A DNA stretch of 64,000 nucleotides. Origin: Perna viridis (taxonomy: Eukaryota). The notes below the pieces were generated by a model that searched no databases, was not told the origin of the DNA, and was given only the letters and a program-made list of their open reading frames with translations. Location: the NCBI GenBank assembly GCA_037379345.1, contig CM074519.1, forward strand, positions 40,654,851-40,718,850. Direction: 5' to 3'. The position numbers and the translations under genes were made by a program. Position 1 is the stretch's first letter, and the number at the start of each line of letters is the position of its first letter. Positions 10,801-25,800 of the stretch are shown here, piece by piece.

Positions 10801-13800
10801 CTGAAGTTATAGAAAGAAAACATTATTTAAAGCTATCATAAATATCACTATAGTACCAAATCTAAGTAAGATTTATTATCTTCATGAAACACATTCACAC
10901 TTAGATTTTTTATCTCTAATTTCATCATCTTTTTCACTGAAAGAACAATAATTTTTAAAATGTATCAGACTTCTGCAATGTCAATGAAATATATTGGCAT
11001 TTCCCAATGAAAATGTAATGGTCTTGAAAAGAGTTTCTGCCTTCTACTAATTATGCTGATCTTATTGTCTATTTTTTTCATTCACACATTAACAGATTTA
11101 GTCCACATATTAAAATCTTGGCTAGTTAGTCCCTGATGGCTTATTGCTGTTAAGTTTTTGAGTTTTGAGATGTTTCCATAGACTAATCCATACCTTATGA
11201 GTACATCCAGCATCTTTGAAAGTACAGTTTACCGTTGCTGAGGGACAGACAGCCTGTACATGAACATCTAAGTCTTCTCTTGGAATCTTTGTTGGGTCAC
11301 ATCTGTTAGGGCATGCCACAGGGAATCTGGGACATTGGTACTGGTGAGTCTGCAATGTAATACAAAACAATATTATCATAGTATCACTTTTTTATCTTCA
11401 GCACTATATAGTCTTATCCAAAAGATTCATTCTGCTACTAAAAAGTCTGTAGAAATATTTTTGATAATAGGAGAGTTCACCAATCTCATTAGTGATGTCA
11501 TATTCACTAATTTGCACATCATTTAGTGTCAAATTGGTTGGCAAATAAACAACTACATAAACAATTGACAATTTCATGATTAGAATCCCAATTTTCAAAA
11601 CTTTATAACTTTGTTATTTTACATCCAATTTTGGTTCTGTAAAATGTTTCATTTAGATAAAATAATTCATATTTTGTATGGGAATTTGTAACTCTTTTAC
11701 TTGAAAAATTAATTTGAAAGGATATTCATATGTAAACCTCTATTTTCATATAAATTATTTTTAAAATTTTATACTGTCTAATTACTGAATATTTACTTAA
11801 AAATTCAATGGATAAAAAGAGATTTACTGGCAGGGTATGGAAACAGAAGAATTTTTCAATTATCTTGAAAAATCATAAGTTATGATGATTTATAGTTGAT
11901 GCCACATGCCACTTAATGGAGTTTTTGCCAACTAAAACCAAATCACAGGTAATAACTCCCCTATATGGGAGGTAAACTATTGAAGTTATTGTAAAATCAG
12001 ACATTTATATTGCAAGGTTTGTATTATTGCAGAAGTGTAGTAGAGGGTAGTCATTGCAAAAATTAAAACTTGTTTTTCAGACCTCTTGATATGTATGCAG
12101 GAAAATATCAAATGTAAATAATTACAGTTATAAAAGCATGCCATAATTTCTGAATATTTTAACTTAAAAAATGTTTGTTCAGACATTATAAGTTTGGTTG
12201 CCTTGTTTCAAAATAGCGTACAAACTTGCCATGAATCATGGCCTTTTGGCCAATGTACAATGTATTAGATATATTATAACTAGAACAAGAACTGACAGGA
12301 CAAACTATCTGTAAACATTCTATAGAAATAAAATAGAATTTAATTAATGATAGTAGCATTATAATGTAATGAATGGCATGCAAGATATTACCATAAGAAA
12401 AAAATGATATTAGAACTGTGTATCTGTTACAAAGAACCTGAATGAAGTAATTAAGTAATATATTGAGTTCCAAGAAGGTCTTGAATTACAAAGTGGTTAT
12501 AATTATTTACAGTAGCTTTGCTAAAATGTATGGTTTTAAATGACTATCTTCAATAACTCATGTTAACTACCATGTAGTAAATTCTAGAGTAATTTGAATA
12601 CAATATTTTTAACATTCCATTGACATGTATCAAATTATCAATAGTTACCATAATCAAATGAGGCTAGTGATTAAACCAGTATTCAAATTAATGCTGAAAA
12701 TTGCAGAGGATACATCACTGTCAGATCAAAATACTTTGGGATCAGTAGCATTAACAGTAAACAACACAGTGGTCTGAAATCTTTGAATTGATAAGTACTC
12801 TGCACTGAGGTAACTACATGTGCATGTACACCTATTTGTAACATTAGTCAGAATAGTCAAGTTACCTGTAGTGTTTCTGCCACAAAGTCTCTGTTGCAGT
12901 ATTTACATTGCACTGTACGTTTATGGCATTCGTTTTTCATGTGATTACCGATAAATCTTCGTTCTAGTTTGGCACCACACTTGTTTTCACACCATGTCAC
13001 TTCATAAGGACAATTTCCTGAGTGTTGCTATAAAGACAAGTATGAACTAACTACTAAGGTTTATTACAAGGCCTGTGACCACCAAATATTTCTTAGGGAT
13101 TTCGGATAGGAGATTAATAGAAGTTTCCTCGACTTCAATATACTTATCAAATTTTATGCTAATTTTTTCCTTATGCTAATTTTTTCAAGTATTTTAACAT
13201 TTTTAACATTCACTGTATCCAGGGGAGGATTTCACTTTACTCATGATCCTTCCTGGCTATGTGCCTGCATTTTGTATAAATCAGTGATAAGCAAAAGCTA
13301 AGCAATTCCTATGCTTTAAATATTGCATTTATAGTAAAAAAAAATCTTGAAATAATATATTTCTTTGTCTTTAGTAAGCCTCAAGCATGGAACAGATTTT
13401 TTAAAGAATGCAATATCCTTTGTGTAGACATTTTTTATCAACATAAATGTTTTTCTTTTACAATCACTGTTATCTAGTGAAAACAATTTGGTCAAAATAA
13501 TTTTACCTTTTCGAAAATATCACCAGGAAACTGTTGATTGCAGATATCACATTGCACAAACCGTTTGGGACAAGTATAATCTAGATGGTCATCTAGATCA
13601 AGTCTAGAGAGGTAGGCAGAACACTTGTTAGGGCAGGATATAGCTTCATATCTACACTGGTCCAGATGAGCCTGAAATAGGTGATAAAACATATTTATTG
13701 AACTACCAGGTATTGAAGAATTAAAACGTATGATGATATCACCCTGTTAATTGTATAGTTACTTTGTACCAGTATTTATTTTCACCAGGAATGTTACATG

Positions 13801-16800
13801 AAAAATAGGTTTCTGTTTCAAAAGTATTGCTAAACCATTGAATAAGCATTGAATGTAAGCACACTTGGTCAGGAAAAGATTGCAAAATTAAGTTCACATG
13901 AATGAACAGTCAGCATCAAAAGCAATTGCCCAAAACAAATACACTGATAAAAAAAGAAAATTTTAATAACAATTATTCACAAACAAATGAACTGGTTTCT
14001 CAGCTAGCCTAGGATAAAGCTGCAAATACCTGTGTCCAAAGATGGCACAAAAAACCATTAAAAACCATTAATACAATACGGACATGGACTAAGAGAACTG
14101 TCTACAATTCAGCTGCTTATTTCAAACACAATGGTCAGTAGGTATCCTTACATGTGACGTACTCAGATCTTAACAAAACATGTTTTCATCATACTAATTA
14201 ATAAGTTCTATAGGAATTTACTGAAGAAATTCAGAGTCTTAATGCTGTAGTGTAATTCCTGTATAATGACTTATGGCTTTGTAAATTGTAACCCTACCTG
14301 TAAATTTTGTAGCTTGTCGACCCAGCGACATCCCTCTTTGACGTAGCGACATCGAGTCAGACTGTTCATCACTTCTGATGTCAGTTCCTCATCAGGGTAG
14401 ATCTGAAAACCAAAAATAGTTGCAATGAAATTCAAAATATTTCAATGTTGTCACATTCTAGAAGAAAACTCTTTCAATATTTAATACTGGATTGCTTCCT
14501 TGCATCTCTGTCCATCAGTCTTCACTTTTACAAGGATTCTGCAATGGTTTAAAACCACAGCTTAAAAATTAATCCAAGAAAGCCAGACAACAAATGAAAC
14601 CATCTAAGTTTTAACCAACTTCCTTCTAAAAATAACCTGACACAATAAGATCAAAACTAGAAATCATTAATTTCCTTCTTAAACTGAATATTCCATTTTT
14701 CTGTCACATATTGAAGTAATAACAGCCAAAAAAAAATACTTCAAATATACATGAGATGCTCTGCAGCAGTACTGGTTTTCTGAGGGGAACTGAAGTAAAA
14801 ACTCAATCCTTTGTTCCAATACTAATGACTGACTCTCAAAGAGCCACTTCAAGGCACAGTGTCTGAACACTGGAACCCACTTATATATTTATCTCTTTCT
14901 TTATGCTTACTAACTCCTTACTGTGATAATAGCCCAATAGCCAGGGGTGCTTTGCTTTTATAATAGACACAGCAGAGAAAGTCAAGTGCACTATCAAAGC
15001 ACCTCCCATTTCTCAGATCTATACAATCAATTACAACATGTGATTCCACTAAAAAAAACAATTTTATATCACCAGGAAATTTTTTCTATCACATAATAGA
15101 GATTTTATATTGTCCAAAGAGAAATGATTTAAGGAAGTCATCCTACCTATTGAAAAATTTTATTAAAGACTTCCATCATTTATCAAAAATATAATGAAAT
15201 TCAATATATAGTCCTGTTACATACAGTTACCTCCCCATAATTAGATAATAAATAATTATAAAACAAGACAAGCACAAACCAAGGTCTCAATGTCACATTA
15301 TAAAACCAGGCTAAAAATTCCAGTTTCAATATTCAGAATAGTCTCAAAAAGGAATTATAAAATTAATAATATTCTACAACTTCAATAGTATTATTGTCAA
15401 AATTATCTGAATCTCTTTTAATGATTCGCTATGAAAACATACAGTCCTGCACATCAGGGAAATATCTTTACAGTATAATCACCAATATAGATATTGTATA
15501 GTATCACCCAGACAAGCATCTGTTGCTCTGCACAACATTCAATAATCAAACATAATCACTAATGCCCACGTTATACTGTGGTATTTTAAGCTATTAGACA
15601 AACTGATACTCACAAATATGATAATACCTAAATCTCTTGAGTAAAAACATAAAGAGTTTATTTTCTTAAATGTAAATCATTTGTGTCAGAAAAATGCATT
15701 AGGATATATGGAAATTTCTAGTGCTGTTTTGGTACAAGATGATAAAACTGAAACAGAAGCACTATAAATTTTAATACTGCAAGAACATGTATTGCAATAT
15801 TTTCATTATTTCGGGAATTTGATACATCTCATCTACCCCAAAGAACTTGAGATAAAGGATACTACAGACACTGTGAAGTCAGCCTCATATCTTGACCTAC
15901 AGTTAGAAATCAATGGTAAAGGAAAACTATTGACCAAACTTAACGACAAACGTGATGACTTTTCATTCAGAATTGTCAACTTTCCTTTCATCTGTGGCAA
16001 CATCCCTTCAGCACCTGCATATGGAGTGTTCATATCACACCTGGTCCATGCACCCAGTTTTAAGTGGAGTATTAATTGCTCATTTGCTTTTGTTACTTTG
16101 TATGTGTGATTTTAGTTACTTTATGTTCTTTGTTGTGTATGTCTATTTTCCATGTCTGGTCTTTGTCCCTGGATTACATTCTTTTGATTACCGCTATAAC
16201 CTTGGTTCCCTTGATTACTTTCTCAATATATGAAGAACTATGATATCACAACTCATATGTTATGTCAGAGCTTGCCGAAACTACGCAGACTTTTTGTATC
16301 ACGCTAGAACTCTAACCAATAGGCTTCTGGAACAGGGTTATGTTGCTACAAGATTGAAGTCATCACTACAGAAGTTTTATGGTCATCATCATGAATTTGT
16401 GGATCATTATGGTGTGTCCATCTGCATCATGAAAACTGATTTATTCAATGAGTCATAGTTTTCCTTTCCTCCTTTGTCTACCCCAGACTTGACTTTTTAT
16501 AAGCAACTCAGCAGGTGTTTCTAGAACAGCAGAAGACGCTTACCCTACCTGGTCCATACTACCAGTTTTTAGTGGAGTCTGAGTTGCTCATTTGCTTTTG
16601 TAACTTTGTATGTATGATTTTTGTTACTTTATGTTCTTTGTTGTGTATATCTGTTTTCCATGTCTGGTCTTTGTCCCTGGATTACATTCTTTTGATTACC
16701 GCTATAACGTTGGTTCCCTTGATTACTCTTTCACAAAAATGTGACTTGGTTGCAAGACTTGCAGTAAAAAAGCTTTTGTTACTTATTAAAACAGATCGAT

Positions 16801-19800
16801 AAGACTTCAGATATATTAGGACTTCTCAACCAATAATTTATTGCAATAATTCTAAAAAATTAGTTAGTATACAGTGTTCCAAATAGTAACAACATTGTTG
16901 GAAGGCACACATTAAAAAAACGTAGTAAAATATAACAGACTTACAGACAATGTAATATCATCAGTACCAATAAACTAAAATAAGCAATTTAAACAAAGAA
17001 GTCCTTGCCCTACATAGTGTGTAAATAAAAGAGCAGAAAATCTAATGAGAATTGGAAACAAAAATAAAGATCCTAACATTATTTTACCTGCAAGCCATCA
17101 GACTCTAATTCCATACTTCTTATAACTTAATCATATTACTATTCAAATCCAAGTATTTAATCCTGTTTTAAAACCCAGCCCATCTACAGATGTCAAAAGT
17201 CAATGCAAGATCAGAAATCTCCAGTCAAATATTTGTATATACATTTACATAGCTATACCAAAGTTTACTCATTAAAATCCCCTAACATCTTACTTAATTT
17301 CCACTTCAGTCCATAACACAGGTATATAAATTGAATCTTCCCTTTGAAGTTATTTACCTTGCACAGGTGTTAATCCAAAAGCTAGCCTGTACCTAATCCA
17401 TAAATTCAAATTTTATATTGGTGCCTATAAATATAGAATTGAAGCCAATATTCAAGATTCCAGCATTAAATATCACCATTAGTATCAACAGAGTATCAAA
17501 ATTAATCAAGACATTGGATTTGTCGATACATGTGAAAAACACCTTTGTCCAAGATAAATGAATTACCTTTCAGGTAAAGTAATCAGATAAAGATATAATA
17601 CACCTGAAGACAATATTATCTCCTCCTGTCTAACACCTTTGTTCTAATGATAAATTTATGTACCTGACAAATCACTTGTATCCCAGAAGTTAATCAGTCG
17701 AACACCTTTATCAGCTCTTAAATTCTGATTTATATCTTATTCATTATATGCTGTTACCTAAAATATCTACTTGAAAATCTTAAAGGAGAATTTCTGACCA
17801 TTGTCCATAAACCTAGTCCTTAATTTCCATTTTTTTTTATATATTTTTCATTTGGGGAAGGGATAATAACCCCCATTTTTGTTCAATGTATTCAAAACAT
17901 TTAGATGAGAAGATCAGATAGCTGAATAGATAATTGAGATGAGTTTTATTACCTGAGTAAACAACAATGATCACCTGTTAATTGGTTTCAGGTAACATCA
18001 AAGTAAACTAGATCTGATAATGATATTGTTATCCTCTAATTAAAATAAACATCAAATTATTGTAAATAAATATTTGCTAATAGAGTTATCTCCCTTGGAA
18101 CTTAAAGATAATATTCCAAGTATTAGAAAGTAATCATGCATGTAAGGTTGATATTTAATGAGATTAACAAAATTAAATGATACAATGTGGATACAAATTA
18201 AATAGTATAAAGAAAATACTGGTACCAATCAACTTCAAGGAAATAAGAAACAAGAAAATACAATGGTTGACCTCCAGCTAGGACTTCTTCAAATTTAAAA
18301 AAAAGTATCCATGCAGAAGGATTACACACCAAAGACACATTCTTAGAAATATTTCTTTTCGATAAACAACAACAAAGATGTTTCCCCTTTAGACAAGGTT
18401 AGAAATAAAAAAAGGATATTCCCATTAGTATAATGATATGGACAGCATCTCATCTGCATAAATAATTCAGTTTCCCAGATAAAAGATAACAATCCTTTTA
18501 CAGATAATGTTGCTTGCATGACCATTGTTCTTAATTATTGAAACCTAAATAGCAATTATTGAGAGAAAATGAATTATTCAGTGCTCTTTTCGAATGGTAT
18601 GGTGAACAAAGCAATTTAGCTGGGGTCAACAGAAATTTTGTTGAATGATAAATTTAAGTTCAATGGTTAATACATGTTGTTTAAAAAAGCCCCTTCTTTA
18701 CAGTTACATATTCTATATTTACAAAAAAATAAATAAATTGAATGATCTAATTGCCAATTCAGGGTACGTCTACACTGAACATTATACTCAAATTGATCCT
18801 AAGGGGTAAAAAAATTGTACATAATCATTCACCTTACAATGAAATTTGTTACCAAAAACGCAAATGCATCCAACAATTTACTGTATACTGAAGACTGCCA
18901 AAAAACAGTTGGTGGGGTAATAAAGTTAAGGATATGACAAAAGAACCATATAGCAGTGCTAAATTATCTGTTTCTACATAAATGTTGTGAATTTAAATTG
19001 TATTTAATTATTTGTTGCTCTAATCAAACTGGGTGTACCAGTAATATTACAATGACAAAATATTTAAGTTTGTTACTACTGCTATTAATATACAATGACT
19101 GCCATACAAAATAATCCTTCATAAGGCACAAAATCTTAAAGCATTAAATGTCAATAATTCCCTACCGGTGCATCCAATACCTCCATCAGTTGTACAGCTA
19201 GATTTTTCATTTACAGAAATGAACATGAAAATAGCATAAGTTGTTCAACTTAATCCTCCTTTCACACAACACGAATAAACATGGAAATTATATCTTGAAA
19301 AACCAAATCACCGTATCAACTGGGTGCCAAAAAATCAACCATTGATAACAACTTACTGATATATAAAATATGTCCTTATTTACAATTAATATAATACAGA
19401 GATATGATAAAAAGAATGACTGATGGAATTTGATAAAGGTAAAGACTAACACCTGTTGAACAGAGCATACCTGTCCATAAAAGACTACCAAAATACAAAT
19501 ATTCAAACTTCAAAGACAATTCAATATACAGAAATCAGTAAGAACCTTAGAACTATTTAAATTGATAAATATGTAGTTGACATGAAATGTCCAATGTCTT
19601 TAAAACTCATTAAAAATTAATTTTGAAAATATGTGGGTCATTAAACAAAAATGTTGAGAACTTTTATTTTAGACTTTTGTGCACGTTTTTAGCTGATACA
19701 GCAAAAATGTTGGTCCAGTTACCAGAATAGGTTCAAAGTATTCTTTGGGTACAAAGACTATAAAACCAAGGGTCAGGGTCAAAGTGTGAGGGTTTCCACT

Positions 19801-22800
19801 TCATTCATTGAAGACCCAAGGGTGGCCTTGAGCGGACAATTTTCATCCTGGTGAGATTGTTGTCTTCTTGACATCTTTACTTTATCCATTCCCATTATAA
19901 TTTTAAATAAAGAAGATCATCCAACAACAAAAATGTCCACCATGGTTGATAAAAGTGTAGTGTTCAATGAAGTGTTACCTCCCTTTTAAATAACAAATTA
20001 AAATTTTCAAACTTTTATTTTGTTTACCTCCTGAGAATACCACTGAACATAAAAATTAAATGGCCTTTTAAAACCCATTTATGGGGAATTTTTTTGCACT
20101 TCAGGCAAACATGAAAACTACAAATCAATTAACTTATAATAGCCCTATCACAGTATTGGCAAAGATCTAAACAGGGAAAGTATACCTACATTAAAACATT
20201 CCCAGATATACAAATAATAAGATGAATCATTCTAATTATGGGTATAAATGAATTGTACATGATCATTTTACCGATTTTCTCTGCCATATAATGGCCATGA
20301 GCGAGATTACGGTATCAAATTTAATTTTCTCAGCTCGTCATCTGTTACTACCGACAGAAAGGTTATAAGAGTATACCTGTATATAAAATCCTTTTACATT
20401 CAAGTCAAATTTTACCATATAATATGTTTGTATATCAAATTGTTTAATAAAACAGGAAAATTGCTTTATAACAATGTAAACCATAACTTAGCTCTGGAAA
20501 ATCCTGGTAATCAAATTATTTTGAAAAATGTGGAACATAATAAAATACTTATGCTCCTGGTCTTAACAATACAGTTATGCATGTATTTGGATACAATGCA
20601 TGTACAGTTACCACTTAATGGTTTAATATCAAAACACATTTTATTGGAAAAGGTCCAAGAATACTGAAGAGAAATGAAATATTGACTGCACCCTCACTGA
20701 GAAAACTGCATAGTCAGCAAAACTTTAAAGGATTTTTTCATTCCAATGACTCTTTTTATGACAGTTTCAGCTGCCTAAATATCATTTTAAAGGAATGTTC
20801 AAATTTAGAAATCATTTGTAACAATAACTTCCCAAAGTTATGAATGACATTTTTCTCCCATAGCATGGATAGATAAAAATTGAAACCTTCATTCAAACTC
20901 ATATTGATTTTATATATTTTGGTATTTGAAGTTTTGACAATAGTTGAGAACATGGAATTTTAACTTTTTGACTTTAAAAATGAGTCAGATACACCCATGC
21001 TGACTCAGAAATTAATTCCATTCTTCTTTTGGAAGAATTAAGAATAGATCTGAGAAACAGTAAAACTTTGTCTATGATAATACCTCTTGAGAAAGTTCAG
21101 AGAAGCATAATACCTACACATTAAAAATATGCACTCAGTAAATTCTTACAGTACAATAAGTACAAAAATCTACTGTATGTATCTAGAGCAAGGCAAGGTT
21201 TTAATGTATGCAGATACATACTTTTACAATCAAAAATGCAAGTTCAGCCTTTTTTAGGAACCAACTGGGAGATACAGGAATTTACATCAATAATGTAGAG
21301 GACTAGTACATGACTGTATGCCTTCCAACATTACCAGGATCTGTGAAAGAGTTTTCTAATTCAACATCAGCAAGAATGATGCCTCTAAACCTCAACATTT
21401 CATGGGTTTGAAACCTTCCGAAGTTGCAATAAATTATGGACAGTGCACAGAAAACTCATTGAAATGGACTCATTAAAGGGATGTACCTAACACAGAGTTA
21501 GTGAATAGACACTGCAGAGACGATTCATCCGTAAGGGCCCAGGGGAGGTAACTAAGAGTGGGTGAAAACTCAGTTATGAGAGAGAACATGGTAATTACTA
21601 TAGAAATGATATATAATCCACCAGTGTATTATCAAATCATTAAATCTCCCTGAATACATGTATTGATCCTAATTAATAATTAGAAAGTCATAAGGTACCT
21701 GGGAAAACCAAATATTGACTAATCTTTCTGATACAATAATAAACTATGTAGATAGTAACATCTGCAGAGTATTGGTACTAATTTCCATCATTAATAATCT
21801 ACATATTACATGCCACAATAAAACATAAAATTGTCACAGTTATCTATACACTGTCATCCTTTCATTATAGTTACAATCCTTTGATGTTAACTACAGTGTA
21901 TATAACACCAGTATAATCATTGGCTTCAGAGCACATAATAAACCAGTATTACAATACCAGAAACATTATGTAACAGATACTTTGTATGATTTTACTAATA
22001 AAATGACAAATGCCTTGTGTATGTAATAAAATAAATATATTTGCCTAGCTCATGTCATGGCTTTCCATGGCACAAACAGGACCAATTAAAGCAGTTTTAA
22101 ACAACATATTATCTCAAAATTTGAAAGCAACTTGACCTGTTCCTCATATAAGGTCTTACTAAGCAAATTATAATACATATATAAAATTACATAATTCTCC
22201 TGCACTTCTAAAATATCATCTATAAGATATAAAACACATGCATTAAACTTATGTTTTGAAACACTCCAGAAACTGTATATTGGTATACCGAACAATACGG
22301 ACAACTAATACTAAAATTTATGAAGATGAAATCTCATCAATTAAGTGATAATGATGTAGTAAAATATTACACAATCTTTGAACAAAAAAGTAAAATGCCC
22401 TACCGTTTATGTGAACCCATACTGATGACAGTTACACAGTAGGTATATAGTCATGATAGTATAACTACCCCACTGATTTCAATACACAATTTAACACTAG
22501 ATTATAAAGATTTCATAGGTAATTGTAACTATATTAAATCTTATCACTACTATCTTTATATTACTTACTACCAGAACATCAAAGAATTTAAAGTGACTGT
22601 GACAAAGGAACATAAATGGGGAACAAATTATTTTACTACCTTGTGTAACAATTATAGTAAATAGAGGATCTCGTATTTAATGGGAGGCAAAACTGGACAC
22701 ATATTTACAGACCTAGAACCGTACTAAGAAGGAGCTGGAGCTCAAAGTAGAAAGACACTTCAGTCTATATGCTTCTGTAATTTCATATAAATTGAAAAAC

Positions 22801-25800
22801 TGTATTTTTTCCATATTGACTCACCCAAAGAACCTCTCTATATAGATAAATATTGACTACTGAAGTAGATAAGTCCAGAGATGTTGATTGAAGTGACTTT
22901 TTATGGTCAGCTAATGTTTGATAATACTATGATAGTGTTATTATGACTCTACAACCAAAAGCCTGGTCAACAACTGATATTACATCTTTACAATGGAACA
23001 TTTATCATCTCCATTAATTGCAGCTATACTGGTCTCATACAAAAGAATGACATTGACAGAAGAACTTATCGGATGGACTCTCACATTATTTTGACTGTAC
23101 ATTTGAACCAAACTGATGAGATCAGATTACTCTGCCTTTCACCTGGTACAAAGATACATGTCAGGTAGATTATAAACTACTTAACTAGAGGTAATTTGGT
23201 ACCGATTCACACAATTATCAACCTTAACACTTAATGGTTTGTTTTTGTCCAATTGTTGATAAAAAAAACAACCTATTAATTTTGAGGGATCATTTCACAA
23301 GTTAATCAGCTCTGTATTTATAAGATTAATGCTTACTTGTCTATTTCATAGGAAAGAAAAATTATATCAGATCTTGTAATTAGTCAGGAAAATGCAACAT
23401 CTAGACTCAATATTTATAAAACAGACATTTTAAGGATCACTTGAAACATACAGTATGTGTATAGCCAGAAAGCAAGTATCTTATTAAGTTTTTTTTATGA
23501 TGGAGATATAATTATGAATATTAATGCTTCAAACTGATCTAAAAGAAACCATGAACCATTAGCATGGAAATGGAAACGTTGGCCACCTACTTCTATCTTG
23601 AAATATCTGGTATCTCAAAAAACCAGCTGTCTGTTCTAACAGTGCACATTTACATGTAAAAAAAACTAGGACTAAAAAAAAGGTTTGAAGACTGTTTGTT
23701 GTAAAATGATATAAAAACAGTAAGACAAAAAGACATATGAAAGTAAATCAATATGGCCTGGCTAGGTTGTATAAAATATCAGACCATGTTTGTTCTTATT
23801 TATATGAATTTTGCTCTTATTTGAACTATATGCACTCATAAATTGTTTTTGTATCTATAATATACAATTTAAACATATTGATGTCCTTGGATTATTCATG
23901 TATCATCATGCAATCTACTTCGATGTCTGAGTTGCATGTAATTATCTACATGTAATTCACACAATATTATTCTATGGTGTCCTATATGGGCCAAAACCAC
24001 TTGTTGTAATGGAGTTGGAGCTAATAAAACTATTTGTATTTATATTGTACATGTATTCAGATAAAGATGTGTTTGAAGGTACATGTACTTCATGTGAAAG
24101 GCCTGCAGTTTCCAGTTATCAAGCTATCAATGTATGCATGTACATGTATTTTTAATTTGTTAAAATATATCAAATAACAGAAAAAGCACATGTACGTAAA
24201 AACAATAAAATGTTCCAGGGGGATACATGTATTATTAACATGACTACTACCCTTGAACTTTTGGACGAAAATAAATCTTCATTAATTATCTCACATAAAA
24301 ATAATTGAAAACAAAAAACAAAAAAAGCAGGTATATGCTTACCTAAAGCAACAGCATCAGATGTAGAAACCAAGAAGGATCAAAGAAAGTAATATTAAAA
24401 CATGGTATGAATGAGCCTATATGTCCGAAAACTTCATGCCTGAGCCAAAATGTCCATCAATATAATCCAGAAGAATTTAACTACCAGCCTCCCTAACAAC
24501 TAAATTATCAGGGTTAAACACAGAATTACAGTAGTATTTACTGGGGAGATATGAATATTATTGCCATCAATTAACATTTATCATGGGTCATTATACACCT
24601 GGCGTACCTGAGATAAGGACCTGCTCTCTGATAATATCAGGGAAGACAACATATGGATCCACAGTAGGATATTGCAGTGTCATGTTAACTACTCACATAC
24701 TTACATAGTTATACTGATTTGTATATTACCTATATATATTTAGAGATATACATGAAACAGGCAGCATGAACTACCTTTTGACAACCTGTTATTTTCAGTC
24801 TCATTAAAATTAGAATTCTCATTTGCTACAGTCTAAGTTTAGATCTGATTCTAATTAACCTGCGCTATTTGTAGAAAACTTAACTGTTATGGGTATGAGT
24901 CAATTAGAAATAGAAGAAAGAAAAAGTTCACATTTCCTCAGTTGTATGCTAAATGTAAATTTGGAAACATCTTGAATTCCACATTTTGAAAATTTGACAT
25001 GATAACTATGATAAGATAGTATTGAAGAAACCTGAATGAAGCTTACCAGATAAATACATTGCAAAAATCAAGTTTTAGCAAAGTAGAAGAACTAAAACTG
25101 AATCTACCAAAAAAAAATCATAAATTTAATATATGAAGCAAAAACTCTACTCATTTCTATATAACTAAACAAGAGATATGTGTAAATACAGTAAATGGTT
25201 TGGTTGTTACTTTCTCTTTGTGTTGTGTGATTTGTTCTTCTATTGTCCTTTTGATGTTTTCAGCATTATTTTCAGGTCTGTACACAGGGTATGTGAGGGA
25301 TGTCATAGCACCCCCTTTGAAAATAAACAAGCACTTTTAAACTTACTGTGACTATCAAAGACTACATTCAGTCGCAAGATCCCAAGATCCCTGACCTTTT
25401 AAATTAGCAACCCTACCTCAAAAATCACGAGAACGGGCCTGGTTTTATCTATGAATTTCCCCTTTGCCACTTTGTCCGAATCACTCCCAAGTCAATTTTA
25501 CTTACATGGAATCTCTATCCAGTCCAGAAACCTGCACTTACTATATTTATCATCTTTTGTTTACAAATATTAAGACAAATATTTAGTCAAAAGTAGAATC
25601 TTAAGTAGCTGATGACAAAGGCTTATCAGGGCAGTAAAACTTGTCAGTCAACACACAGTACTGTCAAGAATGGACAATTTACATACCACTGTCAGGTGTC
25701 CTGGCATGTTCTGACAAGGGCAATTAGGGCAAAAGTTTCCAATAGGGGGTCCAGCACATCAAGACACTTGTTTTTATAGGGGTAATTAGTGCTGAATTTC

